Source: an uncultured Actinomycetes bacterium
Lineage (GTDB): Bacteria > Actinomycetota > Acidimicrobiia > Acidimicrobiales > CADCSY01
Reading direction: 5' to 3'
Length of the DNA: 64,000 nucleotides
Assembly (NCBI GenBank): GCA_963839545.1
Contig: CAWIVE010000004.1
Coordinates: forward strand, 159,429 to 223,428
The notes below the pieces were generated by a model that ran no database searches, was not told the DNA's origin, and saw nothing but the letters and a program-made list of their open reading frames with translations. How positions within the stretch are numbered: the stretch's first letter is position 1; the number at the start of each line of letters is the position of its first letter. This document shows, piece by piece, positions 42,393 through 52,861 of the stretch. The translations under genes and the position numbers were made by a program.

Positions 42393-44867
42393 CTACTCGG
42401 CGCTGCGGAGCGCCGTCGGCCGGGTCCGGGCCGCCAGCAGCGCCGGCCCGATGCCCACCAGCACCGCGGCCAGGAGGGCGATGGGCACGGCGATGAGCAG
42501 CTGGGCGATCGGCACCACGGGATCGGACGGGACGCCCAGGTCCTCGGCGAAGGTGCGCCACGCCCACCGCCCCACCCCGATGCCGAGGGGCACGGCGACG
42601 GCCAGTGTGATGAGCACCTCGGCCACGGACTGCCAGAGCACGCTGGCCATGAGCTGGCGGCGCACGAAGCCGAGCGACACCAGGGTGGCCAGGTGGTGCC
42701 GCCGCCGCCGGAGCGACGACAGCAGGGTGTGGGCCAGCGTGGCCAGCGCCAGCGTCAGCAGCACCGCGGCCAGCATCCCGGGCACGCGGTCGACCCGGGC
42801 CAGGTTCTCGAGGTCGCTCGGGCGCTCCGGCCCGCGGCTCGGGATGGGTTCGAAGGCGGCGGCCACCAGCGCCGACCGCTCGGCGACATCGACGCCATCA
42901 CGGAACCTGAGGAGGAAGGTGTTCACCGGCGCCGTGGGCAGCAGCCGCCGCGCCCCCTCCACCGTGGTCAGCACACCCCGCCCGAAGCCCCCGGCGTCGC
43001 CGAGGTCGGGGAACACGGCCCGGCCGACGACGCGGTAGCCGGCCGTCCGCTCGCCGAGGGTCAGCTCCAGCTCGCCTCCGACGTCCGTGCCCGCCCCGCG
43101 GAGGGTGCGGGTGCCGACCACCGCCTCTCCGGGGTTCTCGGCCATCCGGCCCTCGACCATGGTCGGCAGGATCCGCCCGCGGGTCTGGTCGAGCCCGAGG
43201 ATGTCGACTCGCAGGTCCCCGGCGGCGGCCTGCGTGCTGGTGCCGGAGGCGATGTCGCTGATGCCCTCGTCGGCCAGCAGGGCCTGGTCCATGGGTTCCC
43301 GGATCTCGGGCAGCCCGGGGGCGCCCTGGGTGACGTCCCACGTCCAGCCGTAGAGCTCGGGGGTATCGATCAGGTGGCCGAGGCTGGTGCTGAACACGGC
43401 GCTGGCCACGAGCAGGCCCACGGCCAGGACGATGCTGAGCAGGTTGCCCGAACCGGCCCGGGCCGAGCCCGCGGCGCCCGGGCCGATGGCGGCGCCGACG
43501 CCGAGGGCCATGGCCGGGGGCGCGGCCGTCCCCGTCAGGAACCGCACCAACCGGCCCGGGCGCTCCAGCCCGACGTTCTCCCGCACGGTGTCCCGGCTGG
43601 CGCGCACCGCCCGCCCCACCCCCGGCAGCCCCAGGAGCACGGTGGCCACCACCACCACGACGAACCCGACGGTCAGGACCAGCTCGTCGATGCGCACGCC
43701 GGGGTTCGTCTCGGCGAAGCGGGCCAGCCCGATCGGGGTCAGCGGCGACAGGGCCACGGCCACGCCGACGGCCACCGCAGCCCCGACCACGCCGACGGCG
43801 GCGATGCGCGCGATGGCGAGCATCGTCAGCTCGCGCGTCGTGAGCCCGAGGGCCCGCAGCGTGCCGCCGTCGCGGCTGGAGGCGAGGAGCTGCCGGCGGG
43901 CCGCCTGCCCGAAGACGAAGGCGGTGGCCAGGCCGACCACCGCGCCGAGGAGTCGCAGGGCGGTGGCCTCCACCCCGGCCGAGCGCCGCACCTGGCTCTC
44001 CTTGTTGGCGAGGGTGCCGAGGAACGAGACCGGGTTCCCACCGGAGAGCCGCTCGACCCCGGCAGTGAAGGCAGGGAGGTCGTCGCTGCCGTTGCGCAGC
44101 CGCACGTACAGGATGGGGCTGGAGATGGTCTGAGCGGCGTGCTCGCGATGGAAGGCCTCGGTCAGGTGCAGTGGCGGGGCGACGATGGCCGACACGGGGG
44201 GGAACTCGGCCGGCGAGGCCTCGATGCCCACGATGCGGACGCGCACGCCCGGCCCTTGGGCCACGTCCTCGAGGCCGAAGGCGTCCCCTCCGGCCACATC
44301 CTCCAGACGGTTGGCGGGGTCGCCGAGGAGCACGGCCACCAGAGGGTTGAAGTCCTCGGGACGGGCGAACTTCATCTCGATCTCGTCACCCACCTCGACG
44401 CCGAGGTCCTCGGCGAGGGCGAGGGTGGCGGTGGCCTCGTCCGCCCGGTCGGGGTCGGCCGGGCGGCCCTCGATCATGTGCCAGCGCTCGATGTCCCGGC
44501 CCGGGCGCGGGTCGTCCGTGGCGAAGGGGAACAGCTGTCCTGGACCGACCCGCCCACCTGCATCCGTGCGGCCGGCGAACACCACGATGGCGTTGGTCCG
44601 GGCGGTGGACTCGACCTCGGGGAGCTCGGCCACCGCCCCGAGGTCGACGCTGCCGGCGAGACCGAAGCCGCTCTGGCCCACCACGGCGAGGTCCGCGGCC
44701 ACCGACTCGTCGACCAGGCGGGGAAACGCGGACTCGGTGCGCCGTGCGCCGGCCACCGACGCCAGCACCACGCCGCCGCCGATGCCGACGAGCAGGACGA
44801 GCGCGACCCAGCCGCGCCACTGCGAGCGCAGCTCGCGGCGGGCGACGATCCGGAGGAGGCCGCGCAT
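42393..44867 (-). CDS. FtsX/MacB-like ABC permease
   Basis: Two repeats of TM, extracellular domain and 3 TM; LRALGLT and LVSLGFVRRQ motifs. Confidence 0.85.
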   Translation of the reverse strand: MRGLLRIVARRELRSQWRGWVALVLLVGIGGGVVLASVAGARRTESAFPRLVDESVAADLAVVGQSGFGLAGSVDLGAVAELPEVESTARTNAIVVFAGRTDAGGRVGPGQLFPFATDDPRPGRDIERWHMIEGRPADPDRADEATATLALAEDLGVEVGDEIEMKFARPEDFNPLVAVLLGDPANRLEDVAGGDAFGLEDVAQGPGVRVRIVGIEASPAEFPPVSAIVAPPLHLTEAFHREHAAQTISSPILYVRLRNGSDDLPAFTAGVERLSGGNPVSFLGTLANKESQVRRSAGVEATALRLLGAVVGLATAFVFGQAARRQLLASSRDGGTLRALGLTTRELTMLAIARIAAVGVVGAAVAVGVAVALSPLTPIGLARFAETNPGVRIDELVLTVGFVVVVVATVLLGLPGVGRAVRASRDTVRENVGLERPGRLVRFLTGTAAPPAMALGVGAAIGPGAAGSARAGSGNLLSIVLAVGLLVASAVFSTSLGHLIDTPELYGWTWDVTQGAPGLPEIREPMDQALLADEGISDIASGTSTQAAAGDLRVDILGLDQTRGRILPTMVEGRMAENPGEAVVGTRTLRGAGTDVGGELELTLGERTAGYRVVGRAVFPDLGDAGGFGRGVLTTVEGARRLLPTAPVNTFLLRFRDGVDVAERSALVAAAFEPIPSRGPERPSDLENLARVDRVPGMLAAVLLTLALATLAHTLLSSLRRRRHHLATLVSLGFVRRQLMASVLWQSVAEVLITLAVAVPLGIGVGRWAWRTFAEDLGVPSDPVVPIAQLLIAVPIALLAAVLVGIGPALLAARTRPTALRSAE

Positions 44868-44907
44868 GCGGGGCCCTTCGTAGCCCACGCGCCCGCGCGT
44901 CACGTGG

Positions 44908-46173
44908 TCACACGTCGCCGCGGAGCACCCACCCCGTGCCGTCATCGCCGTCCCGCAGCTCGACTCCGGCCGCCGTCAGGCGGTCCCGGAGGGCGTCGGC
45001 CGTGGCCCAGTCCTTCGTGTCGCGGGCCCGGGTCCTGGCCTCCACCACGGCCTCGACGAAGGGACCCACGACCTCGGCCGGGTCGCGGGCGCCGGTGCGG
45101 GCCACCTCGCCGAGCCGGACGACCATGGCCCGGAGGACGGCCCGGCCCCGGTCGAGCTCGTCCGACTGGAGCGAGTCGCGGGACCAGTCGAGCAGCGTGG
45201 CGTCGAGCTCGAGCACGACGGCCACGGCCCGGTCGACGTCGCGGGAGGCGAGAGCGGCGTCGAACGCCTCGTCGAGCGCCCGCACCTGCTCGAGGAGGGG
45301 GGAGGCCGACGGCGCAGCGGCCGTGGCGGGTGGTGGGTCGGCGTCGGCGGCCGCCGGCGCGGTTCCGCCGGGCGAGGGCGCGCGGGTGGCGGCGGCGGCC
45401 AGGTCGCCGATGGCGACCGCCGTCCCCGCCGGGAACACCTCGCTGTGCCCGTCGCACCGGACCGTGACGCCGCCCCGGCCGGTGACGGTGGCCGACCCTG
45501 CGTCGAGGTCGAGCAGCAGGGCGGTGTGCTCGTCCACCCCGAGGACGAAGGTCCCGGTCGGCAGCTCCCGCTCCAGGCGGGCCAGGCGGGGCTCGCCGAG
45601 GTAGCAGAAGCGGGTGTCGTGGGTCCCGCCCTCGGCGTTGTCGTAGTGGGGGATCACGGCGGCCCGCAGGCCGACGGCGCCGAGCAGGTCGAGCCCCTCG
45701 AGCCACACGGGCTCGGCCCCCACCTTGTAGATCTCGTACACCGGGACGGTGGCCACCCCGAGGGTGAGGGCGGCGGCGCTGGCGAAGGTGACGCAGCCGC
45801 CGGTGGCCAGCAGGTCGGCCAGCGCGCCGGGGATGGGTGAGCCCTCCCACTGGCGGAGCGCGTACGAGGGACTGCCCGGGCCGGAGAAGACGTAGTGCGC
45901 CTCGCGCAGCCGGGCCAGGGCCCGCCCGGTGGCCAGCGCGTCGGCGTCGGCCGAGCGGAACGAGGCCAGGCCGAGGTCGGCGCCGACGCTGACCCGGAAG
46001 TACTCGGTGGCCTTGCCCACGAGGTCGTCGACGTTGGCCTGGAAGCCGAAGGGCGTGTCGAGCAGCACCGCCGGCGGGCCCACCCGGGCCAGGAGCTCAC
46101 GGTGGGTCTTGGCCATCGTGGGGCTGGTCTCGCCGGACCCCATGATGGCCAGCAGGCGAGGGAGGCCGGCCAC
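44908..46173 (-). CDS. Peptidase S51/cyanophycinase-like hydrolase fused to a CysRS C-terminal (anticodon-binding)-like domain
   Basis: IMGSGE, FSGPGSP, FASAAA, IPHYDN, GVDEHTAL; C-terminus RTRARDTKDWATADALRDRLTAAGVELRDGDDGTGW. Confidence 0.8.
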   Translation of the reverse strand: MAGLPRLLAIMGSGETSPTMAKTHRELLARVGPPAVLLDTPFGFQANVDDLVGKATEYFRVSVGADLGLASFRSADADALATGRALARLREAHYVFSGPGSPSYALRQWEGSPIPGALADLLATGGCVTFASAAALTLGVATVPVYEIYKVGAEPVWLEGLDLLGAVGLRAAVIPHYDNAEGGTHDTRFCYLGEPRLARLERELPTGTFVLGVDEHTALLLDLDAGSATVTGRGGVTVRCDGHSEVFPAGTAVAIGDLAAAATRAPSPGGTAPAAADADPPPATAAAPSASPLLEQVRALDEAFDAALASRDVDRAVAVVLELDATLLDWSRDSLQSDELDRGRAVLRAMVVRLGEVARTGARDPAEVVGPFVEAVVEARTRARDTKDWATADALRDRLTAAGVELRDGDDGTGWVLRGDV

Positions 46174-46234
46174 GGTCGGGCCACCGTACCGAGGCCGAGC
46201 CGGCTCCAGGCGCGGTGGTCTACGGTCGCCGGCC

Positions 46235-46984
46235 GTGGCGGCGGGGCGGGCGCTGGGGGCGGCCGTGCTCGGCTACGTGGCCGGCACCCTGCCGTCGGCC
46301 GACATCGCCGCCCGGCTGGCCGCCCGCCGGAAGGGGGCGGTCGACCTGCGGGCGTCGGGCAGCGGGAACCCCGGAGCGGCCAACGCCATCGCCCTGCTCG
46401 GCCCCCGGTGGGGCTACGGGGTCATGGCGGCCGACATCGCCAAGGGCGCGGTGGCCGCCGTGGTGGGCCGGGGCATCGGCGGCGCCACCGGGGCCCACGC
46501 CGCCGGCGCGGCCGCCGTGGTCGGCCACTGCTACCCGGCGTGGAACGGCTTCCGGGGCGGGAAGGGCGTCGCCGCCAGCGTGGGCCAGTGCGTGGCCACC
46601 TTCCCGGTGTGGACCGTGCCCGACCTGGCCCTGGCCGGCGCGGTCGCCGCCTCCCCGTGGTGGCGCCGCCGCGCCCTCGCCGCCACCGCGGCGTCGAGCG
46701 CCGCCTGGGTGGCGGCCGCGCTGGTCTGGTGGCGCCGGGGCTGGCCCAACCTCTGGGGGCCGCCGCCCACCGCCGCCCTGCCCCTGGCGGCCGCCGCCAG
46801 CAGCGCCGTGATCCTGGCCCGCTTCGCCGCCGCCCGCCCCCCGACCCCGGCCCCGGTGCGACCAGATGTACTCAGTGCGCAGGGAGTCCCGGGGGGTGGG
46901 ACTGAGCGTGCACAGAGTCCTCTGGGTCCAAGAATCGAGGCGCCGCTGGGGCGCACGGCCGAGGAGGGGGCGGCGGCACCGTGA
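46235..46984 (+). CDS. plsY: Glycerol-3-phosphate acyltransferase
   Basis: GSGNPGAAN, DIAKG, GHCYP..FRGGKGVA. Confidence 0.88.
   Translation: MAAGRALGAAVLGYVAGTLPSADIAARLAARRKGAVDLRASGSGNPGAANAIALLGPRWGYGVMAADIAKGAVAAVVGRGIGGATGAHAAGAAAVVGHCYPAWNGFRGGKGVAASVGQCVATFPVWTVPDLALAGAVAASPWWRRRALAATAASSAAWVAAALVWWRRGWPNLWGPPPTAALPLAAAASSAVILARFAAARPPTPAPVRPDVLSAQGVPGGGTERAQSPLGPRIEAPLGRTAEEGAAAP
46865..46927. repeat. Palindromic REP-like element, family A, copy 2 (inside the plsY 3' end)
   Basis: GATGTACTCAGTGCGCAGG ... GCACAGAGTCCTCTGGGT shared with 3429-3491. Confidence 0.7.
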
Positions 46985-47814
46985 TCGGGCTCGTCACCGA
47001 CTCCAACGCCCAGCTGCCGGCCGAGCTGCTCGAGCGCTACGGGGTCGAGGTGGTGCCCCTCACCGTGACCGTCGACGGCGTGGACCACCTGGAGGGCGAG
47101 GACCTCGACGCCGACGCCTTCTACGCCGCCTTCACCGGCGACACGGCGCCCACGGTGTCCACCTCGCAGCCCTCGCCGGGGCGCTTCGCCGCCACCTACC
47201 GCCGCCTCGCCGAGGCCGGGGCCGACGAGATCCTGTCGATCCACATCGGCTCGACCGTGTCCGGCACGGTCAACAGCGCCCGCCTGGGGGCGGCGGACAG
47301 CCCCGTGCCCGTCAGGGTGGTCGACACCGGCACGGCCAGCTTCGGTGTGGGCTGCTGCGTGTGGGAGGCCGCCGAGGCGCTGCGGAGCGGGGCCCCGGCC
47401 GAGGAGGCGGCGGGGGTGGCCGAGGCCCTCGCCCCCCGCGTCGGCAACGTCTTCGTCGTCGGTGCGCTCGACCTGGTGCGGGCCGGCGGGCGCCTGGCCG
47501 CCGGCGCCGAGGCGGGCGAGGGCATCCCGGTGCTGTCCCTCGTCGACGGGGCCGTGCAGGTGGTGGGCACCGCCGCCGACGTGGACGCGGCCACCGCGGT
47601 CATGGCCGACCGGGTCCGGGGCGCCGGCGACGGCCTGCGGGTGGCGGTGGGCATCGCCGACGCCGCCGCCGCCCCCCTGTGGCAGTCGCTCGAGGCCGCC
47701 CTGGCCGGGGCCCCGCAGGTGGCCGAGGTGGTCCGCTACCGCGTCGGTCCCAGCGTCGGCGCCCACACGGGTCCGGGCACGGCGGGGGCCTTCTTCTACC
47801 CGGCCTCCTGCTAG
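46981..47814 (+). CDS. DegV family fatty-acid-binding protein
   Basis: VTDSNA, STSQPSPG, SGTVNSA, GAHTGPG. Confidence 0.92.
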   Translation: MIGLVTDSNAQLPAELLERYGVEVVPLTVTVDGVDHLEGEDLDADAFYAAFTGDTAPTVSTSQPSPGRFAATYRRLAEAGADEILSIHIGSTVSGTVNSARLGAADSPVPVRVVDTGTASFGVGCCVWEAAEALRSGAPAEEAAGVAEALAPRVGNVFVVGALDLVRAGGRLAAGAEAGEGIPVLSLVDGAVQVVGTAADVDAATAVMADRVRGAGDGLRVAVGIADAAAAPLWQSLEAALAGAPQVAEVVRYRVGPSVGAHTGPGTAGAFFYPASC

Positions 47815-48287
47815 CCCTCGGCCAGGGCGGCGATGAGCGACTCGAGGAGGACGCCGAGGTAGGCGTAGATGTCGGCCAGGGGCGCAGCGGGGTCGTCCTC
47901 GTCGGGCACGGGGTCGGCGTCCTCCCGCACGTCCAGGCGGGTGCCGAGGACGAGGCGGAGCTGGTTGACGGCCGCCATCCACGCCAGCAGCTCCGCTTCG
48001 TCCAGCCGGTCCTTCTCGGCGGTCGCCTCCAGGACGTCGAGCGCCGCCCGCCGGGAGGCGAGCAGCTCCTCGTGGACCATGGCCTGGTACTGGGACTCGG
48101 CCTCTCCGTCCTGCGGGTCGGCGTAGGCCGGGGGGAACAGGCGCCGCAGCGCCGGCTCGGCCCGCACGTCGCTCTCGAGGGAGGCCCGGAGGGCGGCCAC
48201 CAGCGTCCCCAGGAGCTGGCGCTCGACCTCCGGCAGCCGCACGGCGAAGTCCCCGTCCCGGGTGCGGCGCACCCGCCGGCCGATCAC
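47811..48287 (-). CDS. DUF2017 family protein (clpS neighbour)
   Basis: [25 protein letters not shown]; overlaps the clpS stop. Confidence 0.85.
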   Translation of the reverse strand: MIGRRVRRTRDGDFAVRLPEVERQLLGTLVAALRASLESDVRAEPALRRLFPPAYADPQDGEAESQYQAMVHEELLASRRAALDVLEATAEKDRLDEAELLAWMAAVNQLRLVLGTRLDVREDADPVPDEDDPAAPLADIYAYLGVLLESLIAALAEG

Positions 48288-48586
48288 CGATCGTGCTGCA
48301 TGGTCGCCCACAGGCCGTACTCGTGGAGGCGGAAGACGTCGAGCTCGCACTTCTCCCTCGACCCGCTGGCCACGACAGCCCGGCCCTTGTGGTGCACGTC
48401 GAGCATCAGGGCCGTGGCCTGCTCCAGGCTGTAGCCGAACAGCTTCTGGAAGACGAAGGTGACGTAGGACATGAGGTTGATGGGGTCGTTCCAGACCAGG
48501 ACGATCCAGGGCACGTCGGTGGCGGTGACCTCCCCGACGTCGGGTTCCTCGACCTCGACCGGAGCGGTGGACGCCCGGGTCGTCAT
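48284..48586 (-). CDS. clpS: ATP-dependent Clp protease adaptor
   Basis: [30 protein letters not shown]. Confidence 0.95.
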   Translation of the reverse strand: MTTRASTAPVEVEEPDVGEVTATDVPWIVLVWNDPINLMSYVTFVFQKLFGYSLEQATALMLDVHHKGRAVVASGSREKCELDVFRLHEYGLWATMQHDR

Positions 48587-48603
48587 GCCCGCCAGCGTAC
48601 GAG

Positions 48604-49542
48604 CTACCGGCCCGTGACCAGGGCGGGCGACGGCACCGCGCGAGCCGCCGTCACGACGGCGGCCGTCGTCGCCCGGTGCGAGAGGACGGTGCGCACCACG
48701 GCCACCCACACCGCCACCGCACCGAGGACGTGCACGCCGACCAGCAGCGCCGGCACCCCGGTGAACCACTGCGTGTAACCGACGGCGGCCTGGGCCACGA
48801 GCACGAGGAGCAGGATCCGGGCGGCGTCGGTCGCTTGTGCCGGCGCGCCGTCCCGCCACAGCACCCGCAGCAGCCCCAGGGTCAGCGCCAGCAGGACGAT
48901 CACGGCGACACCGTGGACCCGGGCGACGTCCGGCAGCGCCAGGTCGAAGCGCTCGGCCGAGTCGTCGCCGGCGTGCGGACCGGTGGCGGTCACCACCGTC
49001 CCCGTGGTCACCACCGCCGCTGCGCTGGCACCCACCAGCCAGCCGAGCACCCGCGCCGTGCCGCCCACGACCGGCCGGGCCGGCCCCGGCGGCGCCCCGG
49101 CCCGGTGGTGGAGGACCACGGCGTCGGTCACGAGCACCAGCGAGAGGAGGAAGTGGGCCATCACGAACCAGGGCGAGAGCCCGTACCAGACGACCAGCCC
49201 GCCGAGCACGGCCTGCGCGGCCACGCCCACCACCAGGCCGACGGCGAGGACGGTGAGGTCCCGCCGCCGGGGGCGCCGCCGCAGGGCCCCCAGCACGGCG
49301 AGGACCACGGCCACCGACACCACGCCGGTGAAGGTCCGGTTGGCGAACTCGATCATGGCGTTGGCGTCGGACACCGACTCGGGGGCGAGCCGGCCCTCCT
49401 CGCAGGTCGGCCAGTCGGTGCACCCGAGCCCCGACCCGCTCAGCCGCACGGCGGCGCCACTGACGACGATGACCACGAGCGCCACCAGGGCGAACAGGGT
49501 CACGCGGCGGTAGGCGGCGGGGGAGAACACGGGCAGGGCCAC
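48604..49542 (-). CDS. ctaA: Heme A synthase (COX15/CtaA family)
   Basis: [37 protein letters not shown]. Confidence 0.9.
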   Translation of the reverse strand: MALPVFSPAAYRRVTLFALVALVVIVVSGAAVRLSGSGLGCTDWPTCEEGRLAPESVSDANAMIEFANRTFTGVVSVAVVLAVLGALRRRPRRRDLTVLAVGLVVGVAAQAVLGGLVVWYGLSPWFVMAHFLLSLVLVTDAVVLHHRAGAPPGPARPVVGGTARVLGWLVGASAAAVVTTGTVVTATGPHAGDDSAERFDLALPDVARVHGVAVIVLLALTLGLLRVLWRDGAPAQATDAARILLLVLVAQAAVGYTQWFTGVPALLVGVHVLGAVAVWVAVVRTVLSHRATTAAVVTAARAVPSPALVTGR

Positions 49543-49618
49543 CGGGGCCGATGGTACGGGGACCTCCCCGGGCGGCCTGCTTTGGGCTGCGGGGGGGCCG
49601 GGACCTACGCTCGGGGCG

Positions 49619-50518
49619 ATGCAGCAGGTCGCCACCCGGGGTGGAACGCGGACCCGGGCTGCCGCCTACCTGGCCCTCACCAAGCCCCGCATCATCGAGC
49701 TGCTGCTCGTCACCACGCTGCCCACCATGGTGGTGGCCGACGCCGGCCTCCCGCCCCTGGGGCTGATGGCGTGGACCCTCATCGGCGGCGCCCTGGCCGC
49801 CGGCGGCGCCAACGCCCTGAACATGGTGGTCGACCGGGACATCGACGCCGTCATGGCCCGCACCCGGAACCGCCCGCTCGTGACGGGCGAGCTCTCTCCC
49901 GGCGCCGCCCTGCGCTTCGCCCTCACCCTCGAGGTGGCCGCCTTCCTCCTCCTCTGGGGCGCCGTCAACCTGCTGTCCGCCGCGCTGGCCGTGGGGGCGA
50001 CGCTCTTCTACGTCCTCGTCTACACGCTCTGGCTGAAGCGGACCTCGACCCGGAACATCGTCATCGGCGGGGCCGCCGGGGCCGTGCCCGTGCTCATCGG
50101 CTGGACGGCCGTGCGGGGCGAGCTCGACTGGGCGCCGGTCATCCTCTTCGCCGTCATCTTCTACTGGACGCCCCCGCACTTCTGGGCCCTGGCCGTGCGC
50201 TACCGCGAGGACTACGCCGCCGCCGAGGTGCCCATGCTCCCCGCCGTGGTGGGCGTGCAGGCCACCGCCGTGCGCATCCTCGGCTACTCGCTGGTCCTGT
50301 GGGCGCTGACCCTCCTGTTCGGCCCGGTGGCCCACATGGGCGCCCTCTACCTCGGCGCCGCCGTGGTCCTCGGCGCGGTCTTCACCTGGTACGCGGTCCA
50401 GCTCCTCCGGTCGGCCACGCCGGAGCGGGCCATGCGCCTCTTCACGTGGTCGATCTCGTACATCACCCTGCTCTTCGGAGCCATGGCCGTCGACCAGCTC
50501 GTGCGGTCCGGGTTCTAA
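49619..50518 (+). CDS. ctaB: Protoheme IX farnesyltransferase
   Basis: [43 protein letters not shown]. Confidence 0.95.
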   Translation: MQQVATRGGTRTRAAAYLALTKPRIIELLLVTTLPTMVVADAGLPPLGLMAWTLIGGALAAGGANALNMVVDRDIDAVMARTRNRPLVTGELSPGAALRFALTLEVAAFLLLWGAVNLLSAALAVGATLFYVLVYTLWLKRTSTRNIVIGGAAGAVPVLIGWTAVRGELDWAPVILFAVIFYWTPPHFWALAVRYREDYAAAEVPMLPAVVGVQATAVRILGYSLVLWALTLLFGPVAHMGALYLGAAVVLGAVFTWYAVQLLRSATPERAMRLFTWSISYITLLFGAMAVDQLVRSGF

Positions 50519-50555
50519 AGAGCCGACCTACCCCCCAGTAAGGTCCCCCGCCGCC

Positions 50556-52139
50556 ATGTCCGTGACCGAGACCCGACCGTCGTCGAGCCCCGAGGCCGAG
50601 GTCGACGACGCGACGCTGGCCCCGCAGGCCGAGCCGCGAGGGCTGACCGGGTGGCTGACCACGGTCGACCACAAGCGGGTCGGCGGCCTCTGGATCGCCA
50701 CGGCCGTGCTGTTCCTCGTGGTCGGCTCGGTGGTGGGCGGCATCCTCGGGGTCGAGCGCATCGACACCGGCTTCTCGCTGCTCGACGACGAGACCTTCGG
50801 GCAGGTGTACACGTTCCACGGCGAGGTGGCCGTCTTCGGCTTCCTCGTGCCCTTGTTCGTCGGCCTGGCCACCGCCGTCGTGCCCCTCCAGGTGGGCGCC
50901 CGGTCCATCGCCTTCCCCCGCACCGCCACGCTGGCCTACTGGTCGTACGTGGGCAGCGCCGGGCTGCTGTGCGCCGCCTACGTGGCCAACGGCGGACCCG
51001 GCGGCGGGAGCCAGGTCGGCGTGGACCTCTACCTCCTCGCCCTCGGCGCCCTGAACGTCGCCCTCTGCGCCGCCCTCGTCTCGGTCCTCACCACTGCCCT
51101 CGCCCTGCGGGCGCCGGGGATGACGCTGCTGCGCACCCCGCTGTTCACGTGGTCGATCGTGGTGGGCGGGGGCCTCACCCTGCTCACCGCCCCGGTGCTG
51201 GTGTCCCAGCTGATCGGCCTCTACGTCCAGAACCACTTCGGGGACGGCTTCCCCGCCGGGGGCTACGAGTCGATCGGCTGGTTCAGCGCCGTGCCCCAGG
51301 TGTACCTCCTGACCGTGCCGGCCGCCGGCGTGGCCGCCGAGGTGCTCCCGCCGCTCTCCGGCAGCCGGCTGCGCTCCCACGCCGCGGCCATGGTCCTCCT
51401 CGGGGCGCTGGGCGTGCTCGGGATCGGCGCCTACGCCCAGGACCCCGACACCTTCGACGACCTCCTCTACGTGGGCATGGGCCTCGCCGCAGTGCTGCCC
51501 GCCCTCGGCCTGGTCGCCCTGCTGGGCGACGCCCTCCGCAACGGGAAGCCCTCGCTCCGGGCGCCGCTGCTCCTCGGCGCCGGTGCCCTCGTCCTCCTCT
51601 TCCTCGGAGCCCTCGTCGGGGCCGTCCAGGTCATCGAGCCGCTCGAGCTCCAGGGCACCGTCTGGGCGGCGGCCCAGGTGCACCTCGTCCTCTACGGCGC
51701 CGCGGTGCTCGGCGCCTTCGCCGGGCTCTGGTGGTGGGCGCCGAAGCTCTGGGGCGTCCACCTCGGCGAGTGGGCCGGCCGCGGGGTCTTCGCCCTCACC
51801 TTCCTCGGCGCCCTCCTGCTGGCGGCGCCCGACCTGCTGGCCGGCCTCCTCGACAACCAGCCCCTGCTCTCCTCCGGCCCGGACGGCCAGGACCTCACCG
51901 GCGCCATGAACGTGCTGAGCGCCGCCGGCGGGGTCCTCGGCACCCTCGGCATCCTGGTGGCGCTGGGCGACCTCCTCGGCAACGTCGTGCGCCGCCGGGG
52001 CCGCCCCGCCGCCGACGACCCGTGGGGGGCCGGGACCCTGGAGTGGGCCACCACCTCACCGCCCCCGGCGGACAACTTCGCCGGACCGCTGCCCACGGTC
52101 ACCTCGCCCACACCGCTGTTCGACGCAGAGGAGGCGTAG
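50556..52139 (+). CDS. Cytochrome c oxidase subunit I paralogue lacking binuclear-centre ligands
   Basis: WLTTVDHKR, PLQVGARSIAFPR, RAPGMTL, PKLWG, DPWGAGTLEW align to ctaD; GHPEVY->AVPQVY, WAHH->YAQD, AHFH->AQVH. Confidence 0.88.
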   Translation: MSVTETRPSSSPEAEVDDATLAPQAEPRGLTGWLTTVDHKRVGGLWIATAVLFLVVGSVVGGILGVERIDTGFSLLDDETFGQVYTFHGEVAVFGFLVPLFVGLATAVVPLQVGARSIAFPRTATLAYWSYVGSAGLLCAAYVANGGPGGGSQVGVDLYLLALGALNVALCAALVSVLTTALALRAPGMTLLRTPLFTWSIVVGGGLTLLTAPVLVSQLIGLYVQNHFGDGFPAGGYESIGWFSAVPQVYLLTVPAAGVAAEVLPPLSGSRLRSHAAAMVLLGALGVLGIGAYAQDPDTFDDLLYVGMGLAAVLPALGLVALLGDALRNGKPSLRAPLLLGAGALVLLFLGALVGAVQVIEPLELQGTVWAAAQVHLVLYGAAVLGAFAGLWWWAPKLWGVHLGEWAGRGVFALTFLGALLLAAPDLLAGLLDNQPLLSSGPDGQDLTGAMNVLSAAGGVLGTLGILVALGDLLGNVVRRRGRPAADDPWGAGTLEWATTSPPPADNFAGPLPTVTSPTPLFDAEEA

Positions 52140-52244
52140 CCCGATGCTCGTGCTCGCTCCTGCGCCGCCAACGTCGCTCCGCCCGAGCATCGGGCACGTT
52201 GCGTCATCTGATCGTGGCGGCTCCGCCGCCGCAGAGGTCCTCTG

Positions 52245-52861
52245 ATGGCCGTCACCGTGCGCGCCCCCGCACGACCGCCGTGCCCGGCGCCTCCGATCGG
52301 CCGCGCCCGCTCGTGGTGGCCACCTTCCTGGTGATCGCCGCCGGGGTGATGCTCTTCGCCGGCCTGCTCGGCAGCTACGGGGCGGCCCGCAGCGCGGCCA
52401 TGGCCCGGGGCGAGACGTGGCTGCCGGAGACCGTCCTCCTGCCCAACGTCGCGTTGGCCGTGACCTACCTCACCCTGGCCATGTCCTCGGTCACCGCCCA
52501 GTGGTCGGTGGCCGCCATCGTCGTCGGCGCCCGCACCCAGATGTACCTGGCCGTCGGGCTGACCCTGGTCCTCGGGGCCGCCTTCATCAACGGCCTCACC
52601 TTCGCCTGGCAGCGGTTGGGCCTGGGGGCCGGTGACGGCGACTTCGCCACCTGGGTCTACGCCCTGACCGTCACGCACCTCGTGGTCCTGGTGGGCGCCA
52701 TGGTGCTGTTCGTGGTGCTCGGCTTCCGGGCGCTCGGCGGGCAGTTCTCACGCGACGACCGGCAGTTCGTCGACTGCGCCGCCGCCTTCTGGCACTTCAC
52801 GGTGCTCGCCGGCGCGGCCATCTGGATCGCCGTCTGGTTCATGGAGGGCAAGCCGACGTGA
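52245..52861 (+). CDS. Divergent cytochrome oxidase subunit III paralogue (start uncertain: ATG 52245 with frameshift, or GTG 52280)
   Basis: Five TM helices; LAMSSVT, LGAAF, FWHFTV; lacks the conserved Glu. Confidence 0.75.

Noticed and set aside
50556-52139. Subunit I paralogue as a cbb3 oxidase or nitric oxide reductase
   Set aside because: Those families keep all six His ligands; this protein keeps two and is collinear with A-type ctaD
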